This document shows positions 50,901 to 64,000 of a stretch of 64,000 bases of DNA, in pieces (position 1 is the first letter of the stretch; the number at the start of each line of letters is the position of its first letter). The DNA lies in contig OZ024740.1 of the NCBI GenBank assembly GCA_964016885.1, positions 45,260,001 to 45,324,000 of the forward strand, in the 5' to 3' direction. Under the pieces are notes generated by a model that ran no database searches, had not been told where the DNA came from, and worked only from the letters and a program-made list of their open reading frames with translations. A program made the position numbers and the translations under genes. The DNA is from Eledone cirrhosa. Lineage: Eukaryota.

Positions 50901-53570
50901 CAGTGTGGCTAAAAGAAGTCCGAACTATTGCTACAACAAAAACATACGAAGTAAGTGAGACTGTGATAGGAAAACTCCAAGATAAGAAAACACCAGGAAG
51001 AGGCATGACTGTCGGCTACTGGTACAAAAAACTGGTATTCTATCGGAGGTATGTTACTGACCTCTACTAATAAGTTCTTAAGGGAGATACACTTATACCA
51101 GAATGGTTGACATTAACACAAACATTACTGGTCCCCAAGAACAAAGACACCCACTTGGCAAAAAACTACCGACCCATTGCATGCCAGAACCTGATGTATA
51201 AGATGTATACAGCCTGCCTGAACCTATTTCTCCAAGATCACTGTGAAAATAATTGTTTCTACTTTTGGCACAAGGCCAGCAATTACCCAGTGTATTACTG
51301 GTACTTTATTTTATCGACCCCATAAGGATGAAAGGCAAAGTTAACCTAGATTAACAAGCAGCTGGAAAGAAAGGGGTTTGGGGATGTGCTGAACAACTCC
51401 TAATCAACAAAATTGCGATGTTGGAAGTGCGACAACTTAGGAAGAATATGGCTACAGTCTGGCTGGACTACAGGAAAGCTTATGATTCTGTCCCCCACTC
51501 TTGGATGATAGAGGCACTCCAACTTGCTAAAGTCATAGACATTATTATCAGAGCCATAAAGAAGCTGTCTTCTTCTTGGGCTACTATCGTCAGGTTAAAG
51601 ACAGAGAGGGAGGATTCTATTTTCACTGATAAAATAAAATATCACTGGGGTATATTTCAGGGGGACAGTCTCTCTCTGTGATATTATTCATCTTGTCATT
51701 AAACCCCTTGTCCTTTCTGCTCAAGAAATGGGAAGGATACATCATTGGATCACAGGAGGACAGAAATACGAACCTAACCCATAATTTCTTTGTGGATGAT
51801 CTGAAACTCTATGCCAAGAACATGGATGGGATGAAGAAAAATCTTGACCTGGTTACAACATTCTCAAAGGATATAGGAATGGAGTTTGGCCAAGATAAAT
51901 GCTCATATATGACTGTAAAGCGGGGAAAAACAACAACCCAATCTAGCAACAATGTCATCAATGGCCTAACTGTTTCACCGATATCTGATGAGGACTGCTA
52001 CAGATACCTGGGGATAAATGAGAACATATCCTATAATGGTATCTGTAATAAGGAACGCGTAACCAAGGAATACTACACCTGATTAAGAAAGATTTGATCA
52101 TCGGAACTCTCTGCCCAAAACAAATCAGTGGCTCACAATGTGTTTGCTGTGCCTGTCCTAACACCGACGTTTCGAATACTCAATTGGACGATAGACGAAA
52201 TCCGAGCAGTTGATGTTGGAACTCGAAAAATACTAAATAACACCGGAAACTTCCACATTAACAGTGACATAGACCGCCTTTACTTGAAACGTAAGCAGGG
52301 AGGCAGAGGCCTAACATCAGTCCAGACAGCATTTGAATATCGCATCATATCCCTCCGACAACATCTACGAACCTCGAAGCGTAGGAGCCCATTTCTCGAG
52401 CAAGTCTATCTGCATGAAACAGATAAGGTCATGAGAGTTGGGAAGGAAATCCTCGAGAGATATTCCGTGTGATAATCAAAAACTCACACCCAGGGATGTC
52501 GTTCAGCAGTATCGCAGTGAAGCCATGGATGAAAGACTGCATGCCTATCAACAAAAAATCATGCATGGATATGTTGCCAGGAAGCTCCAAAATGAGAGTA
52601 ATATAGATAAACAAAGTAGTCTATCTTGGACCAACAACTGCTATATTGGCTCCCACTTTGAAGGATACGCTTTTGCAATCCAAGAACAGGAAATCAACAC
52701 GAAATACCTGATTCACAAAAGAGATAGGGATGCAGGCAAAACACCTAGATGTGATAACAAGTGCAGACTCTGCAGAACTAACATCGAAGATATCACCCAT
52801 GTCATCAGCAGCTGTCCAAAGATGTCATCGCGGTACTATCTACCTATGAGGCATGATGTAGTGGCCAAAACACTGTACAATGCAATCCGTAAAAAAGGTA
52901 GCCCCGATACATAAACACATTAAAAGCTACAACAATGTGGAAGACATACATATACATATGAAAGAGTACTGGTGGAATGTTCCAGTAAAAACCCCAATAA
53001 AATGCAGGCATAACAGAGCAGATATTATGATATGGGACAGGGAGAAGAAAGCATGCACAGCAGATGCCAATATAATATCAAAGATTGCCGAAAAGGGGAA
53101 TATGTATGCAGAACTGATGAGAAATCTGCAGATACTCCACCCTGATTACACCTTCAGATTTATGCCTGTGATTATTGGGGCACTGGGATATGTTAGTAAC
53201 TGCCTCAATACAAATCTTGAGAAGCTAGGCTTCACAGGAACAGAAAGAACAGAACTAGTTAGGAAATTACAAGTACAATCCATTAATGGAACAGTAAAAA
53301 TATGTAAAACATTCCAGAAATGTTGCATCTAATAACTGCATATACACATGTACAGATGCAATGCATATACACATGCACACATACAACTCAAAACATACAT
53401 ATCCACACATACAATAACATTCATATCTACACATGCATGCATGCAGACATACATACATATCTACCTAGTTGATGTTGTGTAAATTCCAATGAGAGAGTCT
53501 TGTGTCTATGTTAGAAACCGACTCTCTTTATTGGGAAAAACTTTGTGAAATTATAAAACCAGAAGAACAT
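50900..53570 (+). mobile_element. 5'-truncated R4/Dong-like non-LTR retrotransposon (RT, CCHC, restriction-like endonuclease), decayed
   Basis: NYRPIAC, WLDYRKAYDSVPH, GIFQGDSLS, FVDDLKLY, YRYLG, CRLC..HVISSC, RHD, HNRAD spread over several frames; 3' UTR hairpin ~53484-53536; ends in catacataca. Confidence 0.88.
51250..51347 (-). mobile_element. 5'-truncated SINE inserted in the LINE RT
   Basis: Matches the 3' half of the 10831-11014 SINE and interrupts the reading frame. Confidence 0.85.
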
Positions 53571-53804
53571 ACATACAGGGTGCTCATAAATTATCTTTAC
53601 AACTTCCACAATGTATTGTTGGCTATTAAAGTTAAGATCCATCAATACAATTCTTTGCATGTTAAAGAAATATCATCAGTGTTTTGATGTTTTGAACAAA
53701 ACTTTATTAACCTATTCTTTCCAATAAACCTCGTAGAGTTATCTTAATTTTTTTTTCGTTTTATTTTCTGATATTTTTAAATTATAAAGATAATTTATGA
53801 ACAC

Positions 53805-53851
<47 letters not shown>

Positions 53852-53854
<3 letters not shown>

Positions 53855-56690
53855 GGAAAAATTTGAACAGGGACAAAACAGAGAGGCAGTACAATAAATG
53901 TTTATTAATTTCACGCTCAGGAGAGTGGGGGGTAGGTGGGGGACGACGTTTCGGGCATAAGCCCTTCCTCAGGTGAGAAGTGTGTGGGAACAGAGTTCAA
54001 AAGGTGTGTAGGGGAGTGGTGGAGAGACATATAGCGAAAGGAAACGGTGCGAATGAAAAAAAACAAAGATAAAAAATAAAAATAAAGCATGATCAAAATA
54101 CAAGGAATGAGAAAATTTAAAAATAAAGGCATGATCAAAATAAACTGAAATTAAAAGGGGGGTAAACAGGTGGTGGAAGGGTGTGGGTGAGTAGGGGTGG
54201 TGGCGGGTGGAGTGGGGAGAGGGAGACGGGGTGTCCGAGCGGGGAGGGCTGAAGGTGGTGTGTGTGTGTAGGTGTGCGTGTGTGTGTGTGTGTGTGTATG
54301 TGAAAGTAAGGGTTGGGGGAAGAACGGGGTTGCATGTTCAGGAAGAGGTGTGTGTAGGGGGTGTTTTTGTGGGTCGGAGTGTCTGTGCGTGTGTGGATAG
54401 GGGGGTGGGGGAGAGGAATCAGGTGGCTGAGGGTGTAAATATGTGGTGGGAAGCACGTGTGTGTGGGGTTTAAGCGTGTTGTGGGTGTGGGTGGCGTGTG
54501 GAGAAAAAAATGTGTTTGGGGTGTGTGTGTGGGTGAGTTATATAGGTGATTACGTAAGAGGATGGTTGAAAAGTTGGTAAGTTCCAAGGATGTTTAGTGG
54601 ATAGGTTGTAAGTCAAATTCTGCGTGTGGGTAATCCATGAAGCGGTGGTCGGAAGAGGAGAGATGTGGGGTGCGCGCGCAACAGGAAGTGGTCAGCAGTG
54701 GGAGTGCTGTGGTCTGTTAGTGCTGGGAGGTGGTCAGAGGGCATAGCAGCAGTCGGTGGAATGGTAAGGGGGCGAGGATGGGTAGGTGTGAAAGTTGGAG
54801 TGAGGAGGGTGTGTGTGTGTGTGTATTAGTAGGGGTGTTAGTTTGATGAGTGAGTGTGAAGCGAGGGTGTGGGTGGAGCGGGGAGAGAAGGGTGTGTGTG
54901 GTTCTATGGAGGGAGTGTGGTGTACTGGTGTGTGTGTAGTTTGATGAAGAGGTGTTAGTGGGTGTTAGTATACGGGAGGTGGGGAGGGGTTGAATGCAGG
55001 TGTGAGTGGGGGTTAGTGGTGGTAGGGTGTGTAGAGTTGGTGGTGTACGAGGGTGTGTGGGTACGTGTGCGTGGGGTTGGGGGGTGTTAGTGATGTTAGT
55101 TGCGTGTGGGGTGGGTGGTGTAAGTGGGTGCGTGTGTTCGTGTGCTTGGGGTTAGGGGGTGTTAGTGAGGTTAGTTGCGGGGTGGTGGGATGGAGGTGTG
55201 GGGGTGAGAGGTGTGAGGGTGAGGGTTAGTGGTGGTAGTAGGGTGTGTGTTTAGTGTGAGCGCGTGTATATATGTGCCGGTGGGTGTGTGCGTGTGATAA
55301 GGAGGGGGGAGGGGTAGAAGAGGGGAGGGAAGGGATGTTAGTATGTTAGTTGGGGAAGGGTGGTCAGATGAGGGGTGGAGTGGGGGTGTTAGTATTGTTA
55401 GTGTGGGGTGGGCGGTGAAAAGGAGGGGTGTGTTAGTGGTGTTAGTGGGGGATAAGTGTGGGGGGAGGGGCGCGGTCGAACGCTAAAGGAATAAGGGTGG
55501 GGAGTTCAGGCCGGGGGGAGTGTGGGTCTGTAAGATGAAGATAGTTCGTTGTTCGACCGTAAGGCGATGGGCGGGTGTTCCGTGGCACTGGAGTAGGCCA
55601 CAGACTGTGAGATGGCGTGCGGAGTGTCCAGGGCCACCAAAGTGGCGGGCGATGGGGGAACTGCCCCCGAGACGAATATCCCGGAGGTGCTCCGTGACTC
55701 GGTCCGCCAGGCGACGTCCCGTCTGTCCGACATAAGTTGGTCTGCACTCCGTGCAGCGAAGTCCGTAGACTAGGTTGGAGGAGGTGCAGCGGAAGGCATG
55801 CCGGACCGAGAGGGAGTGGCCGTTGGGACCCTGGAAGGTGGTGGTGTTGGTGATGTGGGGACAGGTGTTGCAGCGGGGCCTAGAACAGGGAAAGGAACCG
55901 GGGGGGGGAATCGAGCGTGGGTTGGGGGGTAGGGAGCTGTGGACGAGGAGGGTGCGGAGATTGCGTGCGCGTTTGAAGGAGGGGAGTGGTGGGGTTGGGA
56001 AGACGTGGGAGGTGGAGGGGTCGGACTGGAGGTGTCGGAAGAGGCGGCGGATGGTGCGGTGGAGGGGTAAGGTGGAGGGGTGGTAGGTGATGGGGAAGGG
56101 GAGACGGTGGGTGGGTGTGCGGTGGCGTGGGGTGAGGGTGGTGGAGCGGGGGACAGCACGGGCGCGGGTGAGAGCGGTGTAGACGAGAGAGGAGGGGTAA
56201 CCTCTGCGGATGAAATGGCTGACTAGGGAAAGGGCCTGGGACTCGAAGTCAGCATCACGGCTACAGAGGCGGCGGATCCTGAGAAGTTGGGAGTAGGGAA
56301 TGGAGTGTTTAGTGTGGGTGGGTGGGAAGAGGTGAAGTCGAGGTAAGAGTGGGAGTCGGTGGGTTTGAAGAAGGCGGAGGTGACGAGGGAGTGGTGGGAG
56401 GGGTCGAAGGCGACGGAGATGTCTAAGAAGTGGACGTGGGTGGTGGAGATAGAGGTGGTGAAGTGGAGGGAGGGGTGGAAGGAGCAGAAGAAGGAGAGAA
56501 AGGAGTCGAGCTGTTCTCGGGTGAGGGTCGTGGCTCCGATACAGTCGTCAATGTAACGACCGTACAGTTCGGGCGTGGGGCCGGTGTACTGGGCAAAGAT
56601 TTGGGCCTCAACATGGCCAACAAAAAGGTTGGCATAGTTCGGGCCCATTCTTGTGCCCATGGCTACCCCCGTGACCTGATGGGCGTAAAT
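53852..56690 (-). mobile_element. Neptune-type Penelope-like element, 5'-truncated and frameshifted
   Basis: RT: GVAMGTRMGPNYANLF, YGRYIDD, HFLDI, KPTDSHSYL..SSHP. Linker CSRPRCNTC. EN: NLVYGLRCTECRPTYVGQTGRRLADRVTEH. ~1.6-kb C/A-rich 3' UTR ending at (TA)n. Confidence 0.9.
53942..53975 (-). ncRNA. Minimal hammerhead in the PLE 3' UTR
   Basis: cac CTGAGGA a gggc ttat gccc GAAA cg TC gtc; stem I is weak. Confidence 0.7.
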
Positions 56691-59629
56691 AGAAAAACGA
56701 ACGAAACACAGACAGCCCCAACTTAAAGCAACGAAACAACGTATACACATATTCATTTAATATACCAAAGTAATGAGATATTTCAAGAATTTTCGTTATT
56801 TTCGTGTGTATAATGAGCTGGAAACTACCAGATCCTTGCACTGGCTACTTGAATCGTTTCTGAAAAGTAAACGTAACTTGTTATTTAAGCATACGTAACT
56901 CAAAACTTTGAATCCTTGCCATTACATAAAGGATACACCTACATAATTCTAGTTATATTATTTTATTCAAAGAAGTTTCTAGAAAACGCATTTAGTCGAA
57001 GTTTAGTAGAAGTAAGTTCGTTAAGTAAGTGGATTCATTTCTCAGATGAAATCTAACATATTTGTACTTCATTTTGGTTTTTATGCTTTGCTTGCTTCAA
57101 TGTGATGGAAATATGTCTGAAGTGGGGGCAAATTAAGGATGGAGGTTAATTTGGATTATAAACTACGGCTCTCTATAATTTCTAAAGGGACCAAATTATT
57201 GGGGGTTTGGGTTTTTTGTTGTTGTTTTGTTTTTTGCTACCATAAATAATACACAAGGCCTCGACGAATGTTTCATCAAAGGATCCCATACAAGTTTAAT
57301 CCGGGCCTTGACTGAAGTTATTGTCATGTCAGCCAAACAACAGATTAATTTTCAACCTCACCGCATACCTTTTTACACCTTTAATTAATTGAGATTTTTG
57401 TTAGTTAAACAATTCCAATATTTTTGCTAAAACAGTAGAGTCCTAAGAAATGAGTGACGTTCTGCATGGGTAAAAAGTAATTGAAATAGTTCCAAGTGAA
57501 ATAGTAGAATGTGTAACTTAAGCCAGTAATAGACGTACTCCATGTTTCCAACTCTGTATTTATTTTAAGAAAACTATATGGGGGAGGGCATTTGGCATTT
57601 ACAAGAATTCTACCTATTTAACTATCTAATGGAATCCTTCATGAATGTATGTATGTATTTTAAGTGAATTCATGTATATATGTGTATATGTGATCCTAGC
57701 TTGGTTGATTATCGATTTATAATAATTGTAATTAGCAGGTTGTTTTCATGGTTTGAAACTGCGCTGTCCAGGCGGTTTTGAAATGTAAGTACTGTAACGT
57801 TTCTCTGTTAAACTACTTATTTTCTTTGATTTTTTCCACCTTCTTATATTATATTCGAGTAATGTTGCTCCATGGCGTTTATCGTTTAAGAGTTTGCTCC
57901 GATAAAGATTTTTTTTGCACCTGTTTTCATTGGGCAGGTGTGGATAACAAGGTCGAAATAATTGCATGGGCTTCTATGAATCTACCATTATATCGATCTA
58001 CATTCCTAAAGATTTATTAGAAATATATTTCAAATGTAATGTAAGTAATATTTTAATATTCTACATGGTTATGTTGTTATGCTAGATATCAACAATGTTG
58101 TATCCATAACAATATCTGTATAAGATCTTTATGTTTTTGGTATTTTAACGCCTAATTGACATCAAGAGGTTAGGTACATTTTTGTATATATCGATATAAC
58201 TGTATTGTATATATATGTGTGTGCGTGTGTTGTCATCATCATCATCATATATATTTATATATTATGTGTGTATGTGAGTGTGCATGCTTCTTTTATATTA
58301 ACCCCCAACTCTCTTCTCCACCTAAAAAGCAGTCCCGCAACTCCTGCATGTGTGAAAAATTACACGTAAGATTACCAATAACTTATAATTGTGTAATTAG
58401 TGTAATTTCCTATTCTAATTGAATTGGAACCAATTTTCTGGAAGATAGAAGCTACATCATTTATAGTCTTTTCATTCGCTAATTATAAAAATTAATTAAC
58501 TCCAAACATTCGTCTTAAGAAAATATTCTTATTGTCACATATATTTTACAAGAGTTCACACGATATCTCACAAGCAGTGGCTGCTCCATTCACCACTTCA
58601 TTTATCTAAGCTAGCTTTATATGTTTATCTATACTGTCTAGCCATCTATATTCTTATAAACGGTATCAATTTTCTGCGAGAGAGATTTCTTACAAAATCT
58701 GTCATGTGATATTTCACATCACAGATTATAGATAGTCTATAAATACATCATAAACTTCAAAGACTTAAGATATTAGTAACATCAGCTGTAGATAATAAAG
58801 ATTTTTTTTTTACATTGGCACAAAGCCATACGTTGTAGGTGAAGAGTACTATCGCTTGAATCAACCCTTTAATATAACTGGTACTTATTCTGTAGACACA
58901 GGTTGAATGAAAGGGGAAATCAACCCTGGGAAGATTTACACTCAAGATGTCAAGTGGTGTAACGAAATACCACATTATACTTTCGGTTTCTGCTACTCGT
59001 TGCCCAATGAATGTGTGTAGCCTAATAGTTAATATATTGTACTTATAATCAATCTAGCCTAGAAGTTAGGATAATGTGTACATGCTTGCAGGGTTCCTGG
59101 GCATGGCAGTGCATACTTAAGCAAAATATTTCACTTTATACTATTCTAATCCACTTAGCTGAAGGTAATTAGTACCACAAACAGCTGTGGGTTACCCCCA
59201 TCACTGACTGATGTCTTGTCTGCAAGCAACTCTTGAATTTTTCAGTCTCTTAACATTAAAGAAACTAAGATGCAAGTTCCGGTTTGATGAGCCCCTGGAC
59301 TTTGAACAGACTTTAAACTTAACTAATTAACCAGCTAATTAGCCAGTAGTAGCACTGAATAAACTCATAAACACATCAGTTCGGGAAGCAAGTGTCCTGA
59401 AACGCTATAGCTGCCTTAGGCATCTTCATATTCAATAGAATATGTTCTGCGTTAAGTCACACCGAGTTTAACTTTACCTCTCATCCTTCCGGGGTCGATA
59501 AATAAAGTACTGGCCTAGGATGGATTGGTGAAGTTGTTAGGGCATCGAGTAGGACGTTTTGCGGTATTTTTTCCGTCTCTTTGTGTTCTGAGTTCAAATC
59601 CCAATGCAGACTGTTTGTGAGCTGGATCT

Positions 59630-62600
59630 AATCTGTCCCCCAGTTTAACACAAATATCTAGCTCTTGTGTGGTGGTTTTAACCTGTCACCCAGTTTAACA
59701 CAAATATCTCGCTCTTGTGTGGTGGTTTTAATCTGTAGCAGGAGTTGCCTCCCTTGTTGTGACACTCACAACCCCAATAGATTAACGGTCTCTAGACAGG
59801 AAGTAGAACCCTTTCTGTAACTTCCGGTCAGGAGCCTATAAAACTAACAACGTTAAGCTCTCTATCTCTCATTCGCCTTTTCGGTCAGGCGCCTCCTGGC
59901 TTTCGCCAGGAGACTTCAATCAGGCGTGTAACCCTGGCAACCAAGCGGTAACTAATAACTTTGTTTCATTCTTTCATCTACTCATTGACATGTCAACTAT
60001 AATTTTCTATATATCCACAAATTGTTTATTAAATATTATACACACAAATCACGTCTCTTTGTTATATTCATACATACCAGTATTTTGCTATAATTGGTGA
60101 CCCCGACGTGATACGAACACGTAGCCGTTCATTGTTATAAGTGGTGACCCCGAAAAAAAGAAAAAAATAGCAGAATCTGGTGTTGTGTGAGTAACATTAC
60201 GAATACACAGCAAAATTTTATTGACAAACTATGAAAATACGCAGTCAAAGAAACGAACACGCACATGTGAAAACAGACACTTTTTCCCTCACGCATCAAC
60301 TAACTGTAGCATTTCACTGTATATATATATATGTTTCTCGTTTCTTACAATGAACACTTTAAAAACAAACAAACAAAAAAGAAATTTGATTTTTTTTTTA
60401 AAACATTACAACAGGAACATTTATTTTCGATGAACCCCAACCATTGCCTTTTTTCATCGTTTTCTTCATCGTTCAAGTTTTTTTCAAAGTTCACACCAAA
60501 AATTTTAAAAAAACAAATTGAACTCGCCATATTTGTTATGCTAAGTGAAGCCTTTCTTTCTTTTTCATCATTGTCACTTTCACACACACATTTTTTCAAA
60601 ATGGCTGCCAACGACCTGTTGCACTATCATTTTCGCGCCATTTTCTCGCGCATTAGAAATATTACTTTTTCAACTTAACCTTGTTTTGGCACGTGTAGGA
60701 TTCTCGACTCACAGAGATAGCCACACGCCAGGGATAACGTTTCTCGCCAAGGATTCTCCAGCCTTAAGCTATATTCTCCTATTTGCCGGTTTAAAAATTT
60801 ACTACGTAAATTTGCCGTTGAAAACTGCGCATTTATTCAGAATGCTTATTTCTTTGGTCGCTGGCCTCTTGACCCTTCCAGGTCAACGCATTCTCAACAT
60901 CGACCATAAACTTCGGCTGTTATTTCTAGCACTTCGCGCAACTCATTTTTTCTGAAAAAAATGTTTTTACTGTGAATTTAAACACCGAATACGCTAACTC
61001 CGCGAGACAACATCAACAGCAACACAGCTTCATCAACAACCAAAACCAGCAGAACAAGCCAGATATTTTATTTTTGCAGCACTCTTCCTGTGAGAAAATC
61101 CATTCGGAGGTTGGAAATTTCACGATATACCACAGAACAGAAACCACCTGCATTCATTCTCTGGAACACACTTTCTTTCCTGCTGTCATGTGATTGCACA
61201 CCTGTGAACTATATTTTGTACATTTGAACTTTGAGCTCTTCTCTTACTTTATTACATTGTATCTTTGGGTGATGGATAGATAGATGTCCAGTCGTTCTCT
61301 GGCCAAGAGCAGTTGGCTACCTTGATATCTATCATTGATTTTTGCAAACATTATTTTTTTTTTTCGTAATTTTCATGCCCGTTACAACATTCTCTCCAAC
61401 TTGCTACATACATATTTCATTCGATTTTTATATTTTTAAAATCTGGCGGGAAGTAATGTAGCAGGAGTTGCCTCCCTTGTTGTGATACTCACAACCTCAA
61501 TAGATTAACGCTCTTTAGACAGGAAGAAGAACCCTTTCTGTAACTTCCGGTCAGAACCCTATAAAACTAACAACTTTAAGTTATCGCTCTCTCATTCAAC
61601 TTTCCGGCGCCTGGCCTCTCATCGGTCAGGCGCCTCCTGGCTTTCGCCAGGAGTCTGGGAGCAGGCGTATGTAACCCTGGCAACCAAGCGGTAACTAATA
61701 ACTTTGTTTCATTCTCTCATCTACTCATTGACATGTCAACTATACTGTTCTATATATCCACATATTGTTTATTAAATATTATACACACAAACCACGTCTC
61801 CTTGTTACATTCATACACACTAGTATTTTGCTATAAATCTGTCACCCAGTTTAACACAAATATCTCGCTCTTGTGTGGTGGTTTTAATCTGTCACCCAGT
61901 TTAACACAAATATCTCGCTCTTGTGTGGTGGTTTTAACCTGTCACCCAGTTTAACAGAAATATCTCGCTCTTGTGTGGTGGTTTTAACCTGTCACCCAGT
62001 TTAACACAAATATCTCGCTCTTGTGTGGTGGTTTTAACCTGTCACCCAGTTTAACACAAATATCTCGCTCTTGTGTGGTGGTTTTAATCTGTCACACCAG
62101 TTTAACAGAAATATCTCGCTCTTGTGTGGTGGTTTTAACCTGTCACCCAGTTTAACACAAATATCTCGCTCTTGTGTGGTGGTTTTAACCTGTCACCCAG
62201 TTTAACAGAAATATCTCGCTCTTGTGTGGTGGTTTTAACCTGTCACCCAGTTTAACAGAAATATCTCGCTCTTGTGTGGAGGTTTTAACCTGTCACCCAG
62301 TTTAACACAAATATCTCGCTCTTGTGTGGTGGTTTTAATCTGTCACCCAGTTTAACAGAAATATCTCGCTCTTGTGTGGTGGTTTTAACCTGTCACCCAG
62401 TTTAACACAAATATCTCGCTCTTGTGTGGTGGTTTTAACCTGTCACCCAGTTTAACACAAATATCTCGCTCTTGTGTGGTGGTTTTAATCTGTCACCCAG
62501 TTTAACACAAATATCTCGCTCTTGTGTGGTGGTTTTAACCTGTCACCCAGTTTAACACAAATATCTCGCTCTTGTGTGGTGGTTTTAACCTGTCACCCAG

Positions 62601-64000
62601 TTTAACACAAATATCTCGCTCTTGTGTGGTGGTTTTAACCTGTCACCCAGTTTAACACAAATATCTCGCTCTTGTGTGGTGGTTTTAATCTGTCACCCAG
62701 TTTAACACAAATATCTCGCTCTTGTGTGGTGGTTTTAACCTGTCACCCAGTTTAACACAAATATCTCGCTCTTGTGTGGTGGTTTTAACCTGTCACCCAG
62801 TTTAACACAAATATCTCGCTCTTGTGTGGTGGTTTTAACCTGTCACCCAGTTTAACACAAATATCTCGCTCTTGTGTGGTGGTTTTAATCTGTCACACCA
62901 GTTTAACAGAAATATCTCGCTCTTGTGTGGTGGTTTTAACCTGTCACCCAGTTTAACACAAATATCTCGCTCTTGTGTGGTGGTTTTAACCTGTCACCCA
63001 GTTTAACAGAAATATCTCGCTCTTGTGTGGTGGTTTTAACCTGTCACCCAGTTTAACAGAAATATCTCGCTCTTGTGTGGAGGTTTTAACCTGTCACCCA
63101 GTTTAACACAAATATCTCGCTCTTGTGTGGTGGTTTTAATCTGTCACCCAGTTTAACAGAAATATCTCGCTCTTGTGTGGTGGTTTTAACCTGTCACCCA
63201 GTTTAACACAAATATCTCGCTCTTGTGTGGTGGTTTTAACCTGTCACCCAGTTTAACACAAATATCTCGCTCTTGTGTGGTGGTTTTAATCTGTCACCCA
63301 GTTTAACACAAATATCTCGCTCTTGTGTGGTGGTTTTAACCTGTCACCCAGTTTAACACAAATATCTCGCTCTTGTGTGGTGGTTTTAACCTGTCACCCA
63401 GTTTAACACAAATATCTCGCTCTTGTGTGGTGGTTTTAATCTGTCACCCAGTTTAACACAAATATCTCGCTCTTGTGTGGTGGTTTTAACCTGTCACCCA
63501 GTTTAACACAAATATCTCGCTCTTGTGTGGTGGTTTTAATCTGTCACCCAGTTTAACACAAATATCTCGCTCTTGTGTGGTGGTTTTAACCTGTCACCCA
63601 GTTTAACACAAATATCTCGCTCTTGTGTGGTGGTTTTAACCTGTCACCCAGTTTAACACAAATATCTCGCTCTTGTGTGGTGGTTTTAACCTGTCACCCA
63701 GTTTAACACAAATATCTCGCTCTTGTGTGGTGGTTTTAATCTGTCACCCAGTTTAACACATATATCTCGCTCTTGTGTGGTGGTTTTAACCTGTCACCCA
63801 GTTTAACACAAATGTCTCGCTCTTGTGTGGTGGTTTTAATCTGTCACCCAGTTTAACAGAAATATCTCGCTCTTGTGTGGTGGTTTTAACCTGTCACCCA
63901 GTTTAACAGAAATATCTCGCTCTTGTGTGGTGGTTTTAATCTGTCACCCAGTTTAACACAAATATCTCGCTCTTGTGTGGTGGTTTTAACCTGTCACCCA
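59630..64000. repeat. 50-bp tandem satellite (2 units before the LTR element, ~43 after; runs off the window)
   Basis: Unit ctgtcacccagtttaacacaaatatctcgctcttgtgtggtggttttaa(c/t). Confidence 0.97.
59734..61835 (+). mobile_element. Non-autonomous LTR retrotransposon, copy 2, inserted in the 50-bp satellite
   Basis: LTRs at 59734-60092 and 61457-61835 (tgtagca..tgctata), TSD AATC, PBS tggtgaccccgacgtgat at 60095-60112, PPT ggcgggaag; internal region colinear with copy 1. Confidence 0.92.

Noticed and set aside
56700-59370. Possible host exon or regulatory region
   Set aside because: There is no recognisable ORF, splice pattern or motif; only decayed repeat fragments.
61836-64000. CRISPR array or telomeric repeat
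   Set aside because: The 50-bp units are contiguous with no spacers, and there are no TTAGGG runs.

Overview
AT-rich, repeat-saturated metazoan non-genic DNA. Very long (TA)n/(CA)n tracts and the SINE types suggest an octopus/cephalopod genome (inference). No host gene is recognisable. The dominant biology is a (TA)n-targeting Penelope-like retroelement (PLE) system. It includes a 5'-truncated RT plus GIY-YIG ORF (31661-33343, minus), a second related endonuclease tail, a Neptune-type PLE relic, and more than a dozen distinct short non-coding families. Most of these carry a type I hammerhead ribozyme (HHR), and many are inserted as head-to-head fold-back structures between (TA)n tracts. The centrepiece is a 5.9-kb array of a 310-bp HHR monomer (3 copies on minus, 15 on plus), which looks like a retrozyme or circular-RNA-derived multimer. 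A 316-bp sister family has a compensatory U3-A8 catalytic core. Also present are two copies of a non-autonomous LTR element with an extended tRNA-Trp primer-binding site, an R4/Dong-like LINE relic, RTE fragments, many tRNA-derived SINEs, a Tc2-like MITE and a 50-bp satellite. All RNA structures were read by eye, not computed.
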